In this document: positions 24,701 to 38,948 of the stretch, piece by piece | How the letters are laid out: each line of letters begins with the position of its first letter | Position numbering within the stretch: position 1 is the stretch's first letter | Assembly (NCBI GenBank): GCA_964247055.1 | Contig: OZ176051.1 | Coordinates: 3,410,001 to 3,474,000, forward strand | Source: Paragordius varius | Lineage: Eukaryota > Animalia > Nematomorpha | DNA: 64,000 nt | Direction: 5' to 3' | Notes under the pieces: generated by a model | Database searches by the model: none | Told to the model about the DNA's origin: nothing | Seen by the model: the letters and a program-made list of their open reading frames with translations, nothing else | Made by a program: the position numbers and the translations under genes

Positions 24701-27700
24701 GTTAATGCATAGTACAGCACGATAAAAGGAACCATCTTGAGTTGTATCAGGCAATATTTTCACATATTTCTCAAGACCTTAATATATGATGTAAATTTAA
24801 ATGACCAACGTGATTTTACATAATCTAAATATGGACAATTTTTAAATAACATAAAGGTATTTTATCAAAAATAAAATAACATCCGCCAAACACAACAAAA
24901 CTAACATGACATATTATTATATTTTATGTTTCTCATTATGTTATTTATAGCCAAGCTTAGGCAAAACAGCGCCCCACGAGTCAATTATGGATGACTAGGC
25001 AATATCTCAAAATTTTTATAACAAATCGCTTCAACAGAAATCTTGAGTGCAATTTAATATAAATTATGAAAAATCTTGTAAAAAGGAATTGCTACTATCC
25101 TAAAAATAACCGCAACATTTAATATCGAAATAATTGTATTAGCAACCTTTGAAATCACTAGTACCCCAGGAAGCAGAGCATAACATGGAAGCATATTTTG
25201 TTTGATTAGCCTGTTCATTTGGCCACCAATTATTAGCAGTTTCAAGTAGGAGAGACCAATCACCCAAAGCCTCCATACATCTCGCGCTATCCATTTTCAA
25301 TGTTTCATTGTTTTCATCAATTTTCAGTTTGGCCGTATAAAGTGCTAAAGCCGTGTCCCATTGATTTAAATTTTCGTACCAAACTTCATGCGTCTCAGCT
25401 TCGTGTGGGAAAAAGCGTTGGGCATACGTTAAAATACCAGTTGAGGCTTCAAATGCATTGAGTCTATTATTGATGTTAATGAGAGAATCCAATATTTCTG
25501 GCGAGGCGTTTTTGTGAAATTCGGCTTCTTTATACCACAATGCTTTAGCGTATGCCCGAAATTTATAGGCCTGTTGACCCAAGAGTTGAGAATCCAATGT
25601 TAAAGGTCTTTTTTCACAATGATCCATAAATTCAGCCAAATTGAGTATGGATAAAACAATGTCAGGAACATCAGAGTTAACTAGTGCATATTGCAAGTTA
25701 TCTATAAGATCTTCTTGATAAGCATCTGTAAGATCCATCCAACAACTTAGAAAAGATGCGTTAAATAGTTGTTTTGCTAACATGGCATAATTTTGAGCAA
25801 GTGCCCAACAGGCTCGGAGGGCAGGTGAAGGTGATTCCTTAAGTATGTCCAAACTAAATTTTTTTAGCCATTCGATCCAATCATCTTTGGAGATTCGACC
25901 TTTGACATACCAAGCTTTTTGTAAATTACTGACATTCAATTTAACAATCCAATTGGTAGTTGGAACATCCGATTTGGTTGAAATCAAGTCTTTCGCTTTG
26001 GGAAGTACGTCATTATAGTAAGCAAGAGAATGTGAGGAGTTATCTTTGTGACTAAAGGTTGCTATATAATTTGTACCTAATCGTGTTATTAATTGTTCAT
26101 AAGGGCCATAAGAAATGTTATGTTTAGCCAAATAATAATAAACTGTGTCCGAAAAAACTATCAAATAAGTTTCTCGACATTGATAAGCCAACGAACATAA
26201 AATTTTGGTAGCTTCGTTCTTTAAATTGGTAAGGGCTTGTTTATCCATATTGTTTTCTAAGGTGGATGATCCCGTCCTATCAAACGCATTTTGAGCATTA
26301 ATAGGTTGTTGCGTAGATGACATATCTGGCGAAGCTTTGATTACAGACAAAGGATGATCTATAACATCTATAACGGTACTGAGGATTGAAGAGGCATACT
26401 CCTTCAAGCACATGATATGAAGAAAAGAATCCAAGGTTTCAAAAACAATGACGCGGGTGCTTATTGAAACTTCTGGTGTGCCAATCAATGTTAAACACGT
26501 GGGAATGAATATGTGAATGTAGGCTTCAATCGTAAAACCCAAATTTTTAAGTACTAATAATATTTTTTGGGTGTTATTGCGATTTGGAGAAGGATCATAC
26601 TTGAGCGTGATTAGGAAAAGCGGTAAAAAACGAGGTAAATAGGGGACAAAATCATTCCTCATATTTGATATTAGGGCTTGCAACAGTGTAAGAATACTTG
26701 ATTGCAAATTGATAGATGGAACTAATCGGACTTTAGAGTTTTTCACTCGACCGATAGATTGGTTCCAATAATCTTCGGCAATGTCACATATTTGTGGCAA
26801 ATAATTTTTGAGGTTGGCATTTGTTTGATTCACAATATTTGTCAATTGTTGGAACATAAACTAAAACAATTGTATTAAAACTATGAAGAAAACATCAAAA
26901 AATCCTAGTTATCACACATGTACAATCAAATAAATTTACGCACCTATCGGAGCTTATGCCATCAATTTTTTCGGTTATATAATTCAAACGTTATTTTAAA
27001 TTTGTAGCCTTCAACTTCTACAAAAATATTATAGCCTACCAAAAATAACAAGATTTTTTGATACATTTTCCAGCAAAATATTAATAACAAAACATAATTT
27101 GAATGTGAATATATATCAATTAAAAAAAATTACATCTTTGTCATTAGTAGAATGAATCAAAGGCAGAAAGGTTGGTAAAACTTTTTGAGCATAATCCTTG
27201 GCTTTGGGGCCCAAACTCTTTAAAATAAAATTAATCAATTTGATCGATATCATGTGATGTGTGCTTAAAGTAGGATCTTTTATGATTCGCATAAGACATG
27301 ATATTACAGCACATGGATAAAAGTCTTCTGGTTTTGCATTCGTGCGAACCCAAATTTCGTTGATTGATATTTCTGTGTAATAAAGAATTTGAAGTCTCTA
27401 ATAAAGGGTAAACTATTTTACCTAAGTAACAAATGTTATTCCTTTAAATAATTAATAAAACAAAATTAAATGTAAATAACTCTTGTAACATACCTCCTGT
27501 TAAGCTTCCTAAATCAATTTCTGTTTCATTTTCCCAAACATTTTGATTGACATCATTAATTGTCAAGCTGTTTATTATGGTTGAAGTTGTCTGAGCTTGA
27601 TTTGAATTAGACACTTCACTACTATGTAATCTGTATAAATATGGATCGATAGCGCCAATAATTCCCAAAACTCGGCTCGCTTCATAGCTACAACATATAT

Positions 27701-30700
27701 ATATATTTAGAAATGTGCCAAAAATATTTAAAAAACTATCACAAAAAATTCTAGGTTTCCGTTAAACGAAAAATAAAGTTACATAAAATTAAAATAATAA
27801 ATAGTTAGTTAGTACCGTATTTTTGGTGATGTCTCGGCCCGCATAAAATGCGCTAGTGTGTCCAAAATATCTGGTATTTCTTTGGAAGTAGAAACTACAT
27901 CCGAAGAGGATTGAGCCATAATTCCAAGCGTCCATATAGCAGCTTCTCTGACACTTGAAAGTGATGTTTCTAATTATTATGCAGATTTTATAAAAAAAAG
28001 GAATAAAGATAGCCAAATTATATTAAGTTGCAAATATAAGTTATTGCAATAAATGCTAATTAAATTAACAAATTAAATTCCTGCATTCAAAGAAGTAAAA
28101 AAAACAAACCGCATATACTAAATACTTTTTATAAAAAACTTAGGACTTTTAAAAGCCTTTCAAAAACATTTCAAAGTAATTTGCATTCAGATATATTGAA
28201 ATTTTATATACTTTTCAGAACTATACCATTAAATATCTAATAATTGATTGTAACTCAGACACTTTTAAAAATACACTTACGTTTCATACATTCAGACACA
28301 AGCGTAAAAATCTTAAGATCCCAACTTTCATCGATACCAAACACGCGAGTCAATTCGCCCAAAGCGGCCAATGTGTTAACTGTAATACCAGCGGCACGTT
28401 CACCATTGGGATAGTCTGCGAGTAGGCGAGAAAATAGGGTTGTTAAAGTTAGGACATGAAGTCTCACAACCTGCGGTGAGTTAGCAATCAAGAGAGTCAA
28501 CATACGCATCGAATGCTCAATAATGATGGCGGTTCCACTGTCACGAATCGCTGTGAGCAATTGGACAAACCATTTACGTAGCACAGGCGTAGTTGATATG
28601 GGATCCACTTTTTGCAAACGTGTCAGCAGGCATAAGGCATGTTCTCGGACTTCGTGGCATTTGTAATCTTGCCATGCCATACTAATGCAACTTAACATTA
28701 CGGTAGATTTGAGTAGAGGATCAAATGTATCGGCAATCCAAACCTCCTTTAACACAGCTAGTCGTATAACACTCCTCCGTTCATTACAAGACAAAGGGAG
28801 TAAGCGAAGGCTTACAATCGAAGTAATGATTTCATCTACACTGTGCCCGCCAAAAACTAAGGTAACGTACATGGGATTGTAGGCGCTGCTTGGTGCATGG
28901 CGTAAAATTGAGAAACACATTCTAATACATTCGATTCGGAAAGCTGTTTCGCACTCTGATATCAACACATCTTTCTCGTCATCAATCACATTGTGATTGA
29001 TGGCAGATTTTTGATTGATAGATGATGGACTACTGAGTGTGGTAGAGTTGTCCGTAGGCAAAAAAACTAGGAATCGTTCCGCAACAAATTTTACGAATTC
29101 CAGTAAAGGATAATCTATATATTTGTAATTTTTATCACCAGATTCTTCAGATGGTTGCTGTTGCTTATTTTCTAATTTTTGGACAGGACAGATACTTGCA
29201 TTAAACTTGAATGTGTACAAACATTTGATTGCAAGAATTAATCGTTCGAAATCAGATAGCGAATTCGGATATGGACAGTTAATTGATCCTGATCGGAGTG
29301 TTGGGGTAGAGTTAGATAAAACGGATAAATCCTTATATGTGTTATATGGTTTGTTGATCACAAGCCATGAGAGTCGATTAAGCAAAAAGTCACATACAAG
29401 AGTTTTGGTTGATTGGATTACTCTATAAGTGGTGATGACATGGGATCAAATAGGTAAAAATTAATAAATTTTTATTAGCCACTGTTAACTGTTGAATATT
29501 AGTTTATATACTAGTAAATTATATTGTTGGTTACACAAAACTAACATCCAAATAATATTTCAATATAAAATAGCATAAATCATGACCAATTCTTAGATAT
29601 GAAACTCTTTCAAAAATGAACAGTACATGTTAATACTTTATGATCAGATACAAAAATCCCTCTCTAATAGGATCTACCCAAATATGACAATGGACATAAA
29701 TTAAATCACCTACCCAATAATATCAGCCAAACAATCTATCCACGCTTGACTGAAAACGCCACAAATAAGGATCGCTTCTAGAAGGTGATCCCGCAAAAGC
29801 ATAGGCTCCATTATGTGTTCTGTCTGTTGAGAAGTTGCGTTAGAGTCGGTAATTATTTTCTTTGGATCAGTAATATCTTTAAAAGCGTATAAACACGCCC
29901 GAACGCAAACAAATATCGATTTATCCAACGTTGCAAATTGCGTAAAGTATTGAGCCGGTGTTGGATCTGAAAATTTTTTAGCCACACTCAATAATCCCGG
30001 GAAAGTGTTGGGTGTATTAGCAGATGTGGACGAGACGCTACCCAGTGCGGATGAGATAAAAGACATGGCTGTGGGTGGAGTTGATTCCTTGCTTGACATT
30101 GAAAAACCTTTAAAATATATTTATATACTCACCCCTAATTTAAACCGTAACTAACGCTTAAATGATTATGTTGAGGGCAAAATAAATTTATCATACACTC
30201 ATCTATGAGAGATTAAGGTCTGCAATATATATGATACAAATGGGGTCAAAATATATATGTAAAGAATAAAAAACTTAATAATTATTTGAATAAATGGCTC
30301 TAATGAACAAAAACCGCTAGCGCTATAATTTAAAATTAATTTTTCTGAAAAATACTGGTAATTAAATGGATTGTAATATAGATTAATAAAATTATATTTG
30401 GTTAAAAAAATTTATTTCTGTTGGGTCTTTACGTTAAAACTATAAATAGTTTTAATGGTCAAATTGCAATAGATATATGAATGATTATAATTTAAGAATA
30501 TGGTTGTATTTATCAAAACGCAAATTCGATTTTTTAGGTTTCCATCTCTGGAACGTTCGAATTTACTTTATTTAAAGAAATAATTGAAATAAAAAAATTG
30601 TTCCATATCTTGAAATTCTTCTAACATATATATATATATATAACCGGAATAAGCTTAAAAATAATTTTCGCTTTATTTTTTCTAAGAGGAAAGAGAATAA

Positions 30701-33700
30701 AAGAGACCAAAACCGTACAACAATATGAAAAGTCGACCGCGGCTGTTGCAAGACATTCATCCAGCTAATATTTAAAATAATAACCTATATTATAATATTG
30801 TTTTCATTATTTTCAAATATAAAATTTAAGATTTTTTTAAAAACTAGAATAATTTTATGATTTTTATGTCAATAAGCCTATTTATTCATTTTCAATCAAA
30901 AAATTAGGAGATTCGGATATCAGAAAATAGAACCGAAGCAAAGTCATTTGACCAATAAACAATAAAGCCGGAAAGTCGTTTTTTTAAATGAACTTTGCTA
31001 TAATTATATGTACCTTTAATGTTAGTGGATTGTAGAGCAATTTTTACGCATTCAATAACCTTGTTAAACAATTTTAGTATTCCACTTCCCATAAGGTTAA
31101 TTTCATATTCTTCCGCATTATTCATACTATGTTTGGGGGTAATGGTTGATCGTTTTAATGAAGCATTACGCAAAGCTAACATAATGTATCCCATGGCATA
31201 AAAGGTGGGACAATTTTGTGTATAATCTTTGTTCCGTATATTAATGGCCAAATTGGAAAGGAAAGACATTGAATTATACATTAAACTAAACGAGAATATG
31301 AAATTAATTAACGATTAAAATTTAAAGATAATCACTTTTAAATAGTTAAAACCTCTTAACAAACTTGTCTGGTCGGAGAAAGGCCATACGAGGCAAGAGT
31401 TCAATCAAAGCAGTCAATACAAAAGGACTCCGCACATTAAAATTCCGATTTATATGGGCATATACCTAATTTTTAATATTATTATTTATAAAGTTATCAA
31501 ATTATTCAAAAAATACTATATTTATTATAATTATCAACAAAAAACCATAGACAATCAACATAAAAATGATCGAAAACGAAGGTGTAGTCAAAAAACTGTT
31601 AGTAACCTTATATTATCAAACCAAATTTTTTGGCGCATTCTATAATAGGGAAAAAACAGCATATTTAATCGATTAAACATAGCGCAGACCTTTATAAGTA
31701 AAAAGAATTTTTTCCAAAATGAAAGAGTAAACGAAATAAACGTAAACCAAATCATAATTTTGCGTCAAGAGTTGTCGACAACTTTCACTTTGTTTTTTGG
31801 TGCAAGAAAGGTGCATTAGACCGTCCAATACAGAAGTTTTATCATTTATATACCTAGAATAAAATAATGATTAATAAAAATTAATTTATTGTTCAAATAA
31901 AATTTATAATAAGGAACAGCTAAATATATAATATTTCATACTATATTTTAACTAATATTTAATCAAATTACTCAGGTGTGTGGTCAGTGTGTATACTTTT
32001 TCCCAATACAGATGATGCAAAACCCAAAAACATTTCATTTTGAAATTGTAAAAAATTGATGGATGTATCCAATGTTACTTGACTGTTAACTGGTGGCTTT
32101 AATAAATATATTTCAAAAATTTTTAATATATATATATATATTTAATATATAAAATAGTAATAATTAATAAAAACCTTATAAAAAATGGAATCGTATATTT
32201 CTAAATTCTCCGGGGTCTCGTAGTAATCTTGCACATACTAAAGCATTATTTAATAAAAAAATCTAAATTCAGATTATAAAAATTCATGTATATATTATGC
32301 TGAACACTTTAATTCCAATAATAGACTCATAATATTTGATACGAAACACTACATATGATTGAAATTAAAAAACTTTGTTATTAAATGAAATGAAGCTTTA
32401 ATTTTCACAAATTAATTAAAAATATAGTAATAGTCTCGTGAGTTTCATAAAAATTTGCTTATATTTTTATATGTTGATGCCTTTTACATGGGTGGAGCCC
32501 TACCCAAGGTAAATATAAAATGCTTAACTAAAATTTTTGTCGTTATACGAGGAATACCTAAAACCATTATGATTTTATATTGTCTTTTAACTTGGGCGAA
32601 ATTAAAAAAACATTTTTGGTACTTAATTTTTTAAGTGAAAAATTTCATAGGCCTTATTCAAAAAAAAGTAACCCAGCTATATCCGGACCTTTCAAAAAAA
32701 TAGATTAAAAAATTCGAATAGGTCTTGTTTTCCTAAAAAATGTGTCAACAAAGACAGGATTTTTGGGGAATTGAACCCTGCTATCAATGTAATTTGTAAA
32801 ATTTTCGCATTATTAAAGATTGATAAATACTTGTGAGTGGTAACACCCTATTCGCAGTAATTCGTTTAGAATTAAAAAACCGGCGTGCAGTTTTTCGTCT
32901 CTCATATAAGATCGTTCACGGCCACTTTGTGCTTCGTGTAATAGCGCAAATGATTGATTTAAACAAATCTACACAAATTTTGTCGTAATAATAATATTGT
33001 TTAATATCTTTAATTTTTTGATTTAAATATCCGCATAAAAATGTTTATTAGTACATATTGTAATTAGGGTTAGAATATTAGAAGATTGAAGAAAACGATA
33101 TCGATCACCGAAAAATAAATGACAGAACACAAGAAATAGGATTAATATTGTTTTTAAAATATTTATCTATATATATAAAAAAAAATTAAATGGTAATATA
33201 CTTGATACCAAGGAGGTTTATGAACATCTTTGGATTCGCGTTCACAAACAATAAGAAGAACTGCTCTTAATGATTGCGCGGCATTTAATCTAATTGTTAG
33301 CTATAACATAATAATTAGAAAAATTACAATAATATTTGATATATTAAATAAAATATATTAATTAAATTGCGCAAAATTCTATAATGCCCTTATATTTTTT
33401 ATATATATTAGCAAATAACAATAATAGATAATACTACTTGGGAATCTTTGAATGCAAAAAATATTGTTTCAAAAAATTGTTGAAGGTGAGGCATAAAGAA
33501 CGAAGGTGTGCATTGGGATAGTTCTCTGATAACTAAAACCTAGAGATTTATATAGAGGACAAAACCGCTGCTAAACGCCGATCTGGGTTTTGGTCATCGC
33601 ATAACCATTCAAAAGCTCGACGGCATTCAAAATCTACATACTCTCCTGTGTATGTATCACTAGATAGGGCTAAATATCCAATAGCTTTGGCAACAAGCTC

Positions 33701-34042
33701 CATCAAAAACTGATTTTTTGAAGGTAACATGTTACGTAAATAGTTTGCATACGGACTAAGTTTGGCTAATGTACCATCATTTATGCCAATTTGACTCACT
33801 ATATTATATTATACATATGTTTGACTTATAGCAAAAATTCCAGCGATTTTATCAATATCCTCTTTACCAGATACTAATTCAAATATTTTTTGATTTAATG
33901 CATCCAAAAACATTCCAGAATCTTCGTTAGGTAGTTCTTTTAATTCTGTCCCACAAAAATGATGCAACTCTTGCGCTATTTTCAACGCTTTAAACTTATC
34001 TTTGTTCTTTATGCCACTTATAAAGTAGTGAATGGAATTCAT
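18731..34042 (-). CDS. mTOR: Serine/threonine kinase TOR, ~2,884 aa; 27 exons: 34042-33826, 33798-33566, 33539-33438, 33300-33202, 32968-32831, 32237-32175, 32096-31972, 31853-31748, 31465-31353, 31285-31014, 30107-29714, 29422-28281, 27969-27816, 27687-27494, 27372-27134, 26860-25147, 24777-22706, 21684-21453, 20992-20918, 20847-20712, 20632-20525, 20484-20236, 19942-19795, 19727-19592, 19054-18983, 18923-18818, 18746-18731
   Basis: HEAT repeats, FAT domain, FRB ([17 protein letters not shown]...[10 protein letters not shown]), PIKK kinase ([36 protein letters not shown]) and FATC ending [12 protein letters not shown]. All 26 introns are GT-AG and every junction phase matches (8,655 nt, divisible by 3). 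Exons 6-7 and possible extra exons in the long introns are less certain. Confidence 0.96.
21717..22393. mobile_element. Possible hAT-type MITE in mTOR intron 17
   Basis: Flanked by GTTATGTG and GCTATGTG (7/8 match, putative TSD). Both ends begin TAG but the TIRs match poorly. Dense subterminal GGTCA/TGACC repeats sit at both ends, with an AT-rich middle. Confidence 0.45.
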
Positions 34043-37000
34043 GCTTATTTTTAAAATGTGTTTTTAAAACCACATGATAATGTGAACAAATAAATTCCGC
34101 CTGAATTTTCAATATGTAACGTTATATAATACAATTTTAATGAATATAGTTTTAATCAAGAATACATTCATAGTTTAAACATAGGATTTCATGATTAGAA
34201 AACTAAAAATGCCATTGTTATATTATGAATAAAAAACTGCTCAGTCATTTCGATGCAATCAAGATATTATTGAAATTTAAGCCTCCGCGTTTTAGATAAA
34301 TATTTCAGATTAGTACTCTTCTTTGAAACTGCTAATTTGAGAAGGGTAGGATATATAAACACCTAATACAAATAACCAGTCGCTCTCAGGCGTTATATAA
34401 TATTAAAAATATAAAATCTTAAAGACCTACATAGTTTATACCAGAGCTTTAAATATCTCAGAATGTATTTAAGGTTTTAACCAAAAATATCCTCTTTTAA
34501 GCTTATGCACATTTTAAAAATAACAAATTATGAAAAAATTTTTCTCAAACTTTGCCATCAATTTTTTTTAAATAGTTAATACAACATTAAATTTATATAA
34601 CAGTCTTGGAATTCAATTTTAGACTCTAAGAATTAAAAAAATAAAATATAAATTTTTATTATGTTTGATCAATTTTATTTACAACAATTTACAAAACAGT
34701 CGTTTTACAAGATTAAGCTCTTAGAAATTAAATTGACCCAAAATGTCATCGTATATTAAAAATAAAAATGCAAGCAAGTGTCAATTCGGCTTCGGAGAAA
34801 TAAAGCTATGACCCTTACTGCCCACTAAATATATATTTTTTTATGCATTGCTAAAATTCGTTCTGTTTTAAACTCATTTTAGACAAACTAAAGTAATTAA
34901 TACATATCATCTGTATTATTTTCGTGACCATTCCCTTTTTATGACTAAATTTTAATGTTGTTTATGCCCCAAAGCTTAAAAAATTACCGTTTTAATTAGT
35001 TTGGCTAAAAATTCAAACATTGATCTACTTTAAAAAAATAGCTTTTATTTTTATAATTTTATAATTTTAGAGATAATTTGCTAGCCTCACGGTTGAAATA
35101 GCTGATTTTAATTCGAAACTATTAAAATTTTCTAAAATGTAACTCCAAAGCTTTAATCATTCCCTCTTTAGATGATTAATCCCCATTACTTACAATTAAA
35201 ATACTTTTTTAAATGACGGCAAATTATCAGGATTTTTTACACTTTTAATTTAAATCGTGCGCTGATCTAACGACTGAATATTGTATAATTCATCTCAATA
35301 AATACTTTTTGAGTATTCGAATTTAAAATTCTTCTGCAAAAAAATGCCCCAAAAGTTAATGAGTAATATGACAAAATAATTAAAAACATAACTTTCATAA
35401 TGGGAAAGGAATAATTGACTTTGCCATTTTTCTCATCGATCTGGTTACTTCCCAGCTACTTAATAATATTACATATGATCGGTAAAATAAAAAATAGGCC
35501 ACAGTTAAAAGTATAAAATGCGATTTATCCATTTTAGTTTAAACCGTATTACACTGTGTGCAAAAAAAGGGTTAGTCTTTTTTATCAAAATTTTTTTTCA
35601 TCTGATAGCTTATGACCAACGAATTCATTTGCCGCGTTACGACTTAGTTTTTGAATAAAAGACAATATTGGGCAAGAAGTGAAGATTAAGGATATTTTAG
35701 GATAAAAAATAAAACTAAAAAATATTGTTTTTTATTTTTTCATTTTTTGTCATCTGGTTAATGAGGGAAAAAATTTGTTTTATTTGGGAATATGTGATAT
35801 AAAGGATATATTTTATGCTAAATAGAAAAGTAATGGAATATCAACCCAAAATCCTTAAAAATCCCTGTAACATGTTTGTTTTAACACAAATTAATGTTTT
35901 TACTGGGATTTGGACGGATGGGTTGATTCTACTACTTATAAATTTTATTTTGTTTTATATACTGTATGATTCCCGCTCTGAATGATAATTTTAATAGTAG
36001 TTTAGCTACTAAGTAATGAAAAATTTATTTTAATATAGTTACATAACAAAATTTTTGTTTTTTAAATATGTTAATAAAACGCCATCCTTTGAACTAAGAT
36101 TTTACACAAACCCTAACTATATGATTTTAGGCTATTTATAAAATTAAATATCTCCTAAAATGGTGATAAACCATAATATTTCAGGTTACATTATTTTTAA
36201 ATTATCCTTAATTATCCTTTTTCATTTTTGCCCGATTTCGATTATCTCTCAATATTTCAAGAACTAGGTCTAAAATAAATTTTTTTATGGCAAATGAATT
36301 CGCAGGTCATAAGCTCATGAAAAAAAATTAGTTTAAATTTTTTTGCAACAGCTTTTTTTTAAATATAAGATGATTTTTAGAGACATATTTCATCTTATTG
36401 CGTATATCATAATCATATATATCATCGATCATGTATTAATTAAAATTAATTATGATGAGAGATATCCTTTAGTTTTAATAATACCAAAGGTATATTTGTT
36501 TCACCAAATATATATATTTAAAGATCAATATAGAAGAATATCCGTTATTATTTTTAAATTTTTTTAACTATTGATAAGCATACTAGTAATTTAAAAACCA
36601 ATCGCATGCTAAACTTTTAACCAAAGAGCATTTTTATATGGCATTTTCTGCTACAGAACATAGCTATGGGTTACCGTATTTTTACATGGTTAGCAAAAAC
36701 AATGTTTCGAAAGCTTTTCAAAAATATAAGCAGGAAATGATAAGATTAAAAATGTAATTATTTGTATTAATATATATCGCCGAATTTTGATAAATTTTGC
36801 ATAATCATATATGTGTGCTATATATGATTTTTATTTTACCTAAGTAAACTACTGTTTTGAAATATATATATGATGATACAATTCGTTTTTATGTATGCTT
36901 CAAACTTCATCTTTCTCTAATAGTTATCCGTCCGCGGATTTATTTTCATGGAACATTCTTTGAGAAACGATCAAAACGCTGAAAATTTATTTATTTATTT

Positions 37001-37493
37001 AGTCAAGAATCGCAAACTATCTGCTATAAGCATATAAAGTCTTTGAATTTTAAAATAGGTTAATTGACATTCACTATATACCAAAATACTATACATATCT
37101 GAGAAAATCTTTATCGCATTTAAGAATTCATATCAGGACAATATTTAAATGTCATATAAAATATGGTAATATAAATAAAAATTATATGGATATTTGGAGT
37201 GACTCCTAAATTTTATTTTTTTCAACGCATCTCATAAATTTTTGGAACTTTTCCATCATAAAGCTAATTTTCTTCGTATTTTTTCGATGAGGTGCTAATG
37301 CAATATTAAAATCCAATTATCCCGCTGTGTACATAATAAAGATACTAGTTGAAAATTGTATACATATTAATTATTAATTACACAAATACGTAGAATAAAT
37401 TATCATCAATAATTAAGTATTTATGTATTTGTCAAAAAAATACACAATATATCATATATTGCCTTTTAATTTTATCATCGAAAATCAGTTACA

Positions 37494-38948
37494 ATGAGTA
37501 CGCCGCCCAAAAATTGTAAAAGTATTGAAGAATTATCGAAAGAAAGATCTCAATTTACCCTGTACTATGGAATTTTTGGTTTGTTTATATTGGTTTTGGG
37601 CATAATTGGCAACTTGATTGGATATTTGGTCATTAGAATTTCATCCAGAAAAATTCCACCTCTAAACAATGTACCGAAAAATATGTGCGCAAACATTCCT
37701 ACCACTTCATTACCAAATGACAACAATAGCGGTTCTAGTTTAAAAAACTTTATCTACAAAATATGTCACTTGTGTTGTAACCCGAATACAACTTCATATA
37801 AATCACGATTAGCAAGAAGATCGGTAAATAATTTTGCCCAACGGAGGCTAATAAGTAAAAATTGGTGGAATGGAAATATCCCACTAACAAAAGAAGTTAC
37901 TCGTGTTAAAAGTAACAATTTATTCTACATTAAATGGTTTTATATGGTTAATTTTCTCAACACATTATCCCTCATAGTTTCACCTCTGATGGAGCAATTT
38001 GGGTATCGGCATGTGAACGATTCCCAAATTTGGTATGGATGGAATTGGGTATTTTATCGCAGTGTTTTGCATAATGTTATCTTTAAACCATTAATTATCT
38101 GGGCCTTTTTGATTTATGCCATGTATTTCGCTCTTCAGCTCATAGTTGTGAGATATCCGCTAAAGTATAAAAGTTGGGTTACTGTACGTTTTTTAAGGGC
38201 TTCTCTTGTCACCGCCTACATATATGCCGTTTTATGGTACATACCTACAGTTAAATGGAACAAAATCTTGACGTATAATGCTTGTTCACCGTGTGAGTTT
38301 TATAAAAATATAACCCGACATGTGATGGCCTCACAAAATAATAATACAAACATTTTTGCTCCATACAATTATCTACTACAATCATTGGGAAATCAAAAAC
38401 CCAAGGTGTATTATGTGTTTGTAATAAGCTCCAGAATGGGTCCCAACAAAATATATTGGAAGGTGTATTCGTTTTTGCGTGAGTTTTTTACTGTGATAGG
38501 CCCCTTCACATTTCTCATTATTTGCAAAATGTATCTCATTAAATCCACCCGCAACAGTACTTTTAATTTATATTTGTCCAAAACTGTCACAAATTCTATA
38601 AAGCCCAATATTACCTCGATTATAGGTGAAGTTACAAAATCTAATTTATTTGTTATAAATAAAAGTAATATGCACCAGGTTTTTAATGATGATAAAACAT
38701 ATAGTAAAAATAATGAACTTACCCTTTACATTTTAACAACGCAATTCATAGTTTTCTTATTGCCCATTACACTATTACAAATGTTTATGGATTTTCTAAC
38801 ACCCACATATAAATTGGATTCTCTATTAAGGATTTACACAATCTTTCACATTATGGAATTCGTGTACATAGGATGTTCCTTCTATTTTAACCTGCTCTTC
38901 AATCAATACTATCGCGCTAACGTGCTAAAAATTTTACAAATAAATTAA
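37494..38948 (+). CDS. Intronless atypical class A (rhodopsin-like) GPCR, FMRFamide/peptide-receptor-like group, 484 aa
   Basis: Seven hydrophobic segments: TM1 with GN motif (LGIIGNL), TM3 ending VVRYP, TM5 proline (IGPF), TM6 FLLP, and TM7 followed by a helix 8-like FNQYYR. Uninterrupted 1,455-nt ORF in AT-rich DNA. DRY and NPxxY are absent, so the subfamily call is tentative. Confidence 0.8.
   Translation: MSTPPKNCKSIEELSKERSQFTLYYGIFGLFILVLGIIGNLIGYLVIRISSRKIPPLNNVPKNMCANIPTTSLPNDNNSGSSLKNFIYKICHLCCNPNTTSYKSRLARRSVNNFAQRRLISKNWWNGNIPLTKEVTRVKSNNLFYIKWFYMVNFLNTLSLIVSPLMEQFGYRHVNDSQIWYGWNWVFYRSVLHNVIFKPLIIWAFLIYAMYFALQLIVVRYPLKYKSWVTVRFLRASLVTAYIYAVLWYIPTVKWNKILTYNACSPCEFYKNITRHVMASQNNNTNIFAPYNYLLQSLGNQKPKVYYVFVISSRMGPNKIYWKVYSFLREFFTVIGPFTFLIICKMYLIKSTRNSTFNLYLSKTVTNSIKPNITSIIGEVTKSNLFVINKSNMHQVFNDDKTYSKNNELTLYILTTQFIVFLLPITLLQMFMDFLTPTYKLDSLLRIYTIFHIMEFVYIGCSFYFNLLFNQYYRANVLKILQIN

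Noticed and set aside
27398-27440. AG|GT junction suggesting a recursive splice site, micro-exon or 24-nt intron in mTOR intron 14
   Set aside because: The micro-exon would contain a stop and the phases do not fit; the acceptor at 27373 restores the frame and alignment simply.
31620-31700. Acceptor followed by VCA..., mimicking the start of mTOR exon 9
   Set aside because: It runs into stops; exon 31465-31353 supplies the homologous segment.
32760-32785. tRNA T-arm/B-box-like motif GGTTCAATTCCCC on the minus strand (similar motif near 41600)
   Set aside because: No A box, D arm or acceptor stem, so a tRNA or SINE is not supported.
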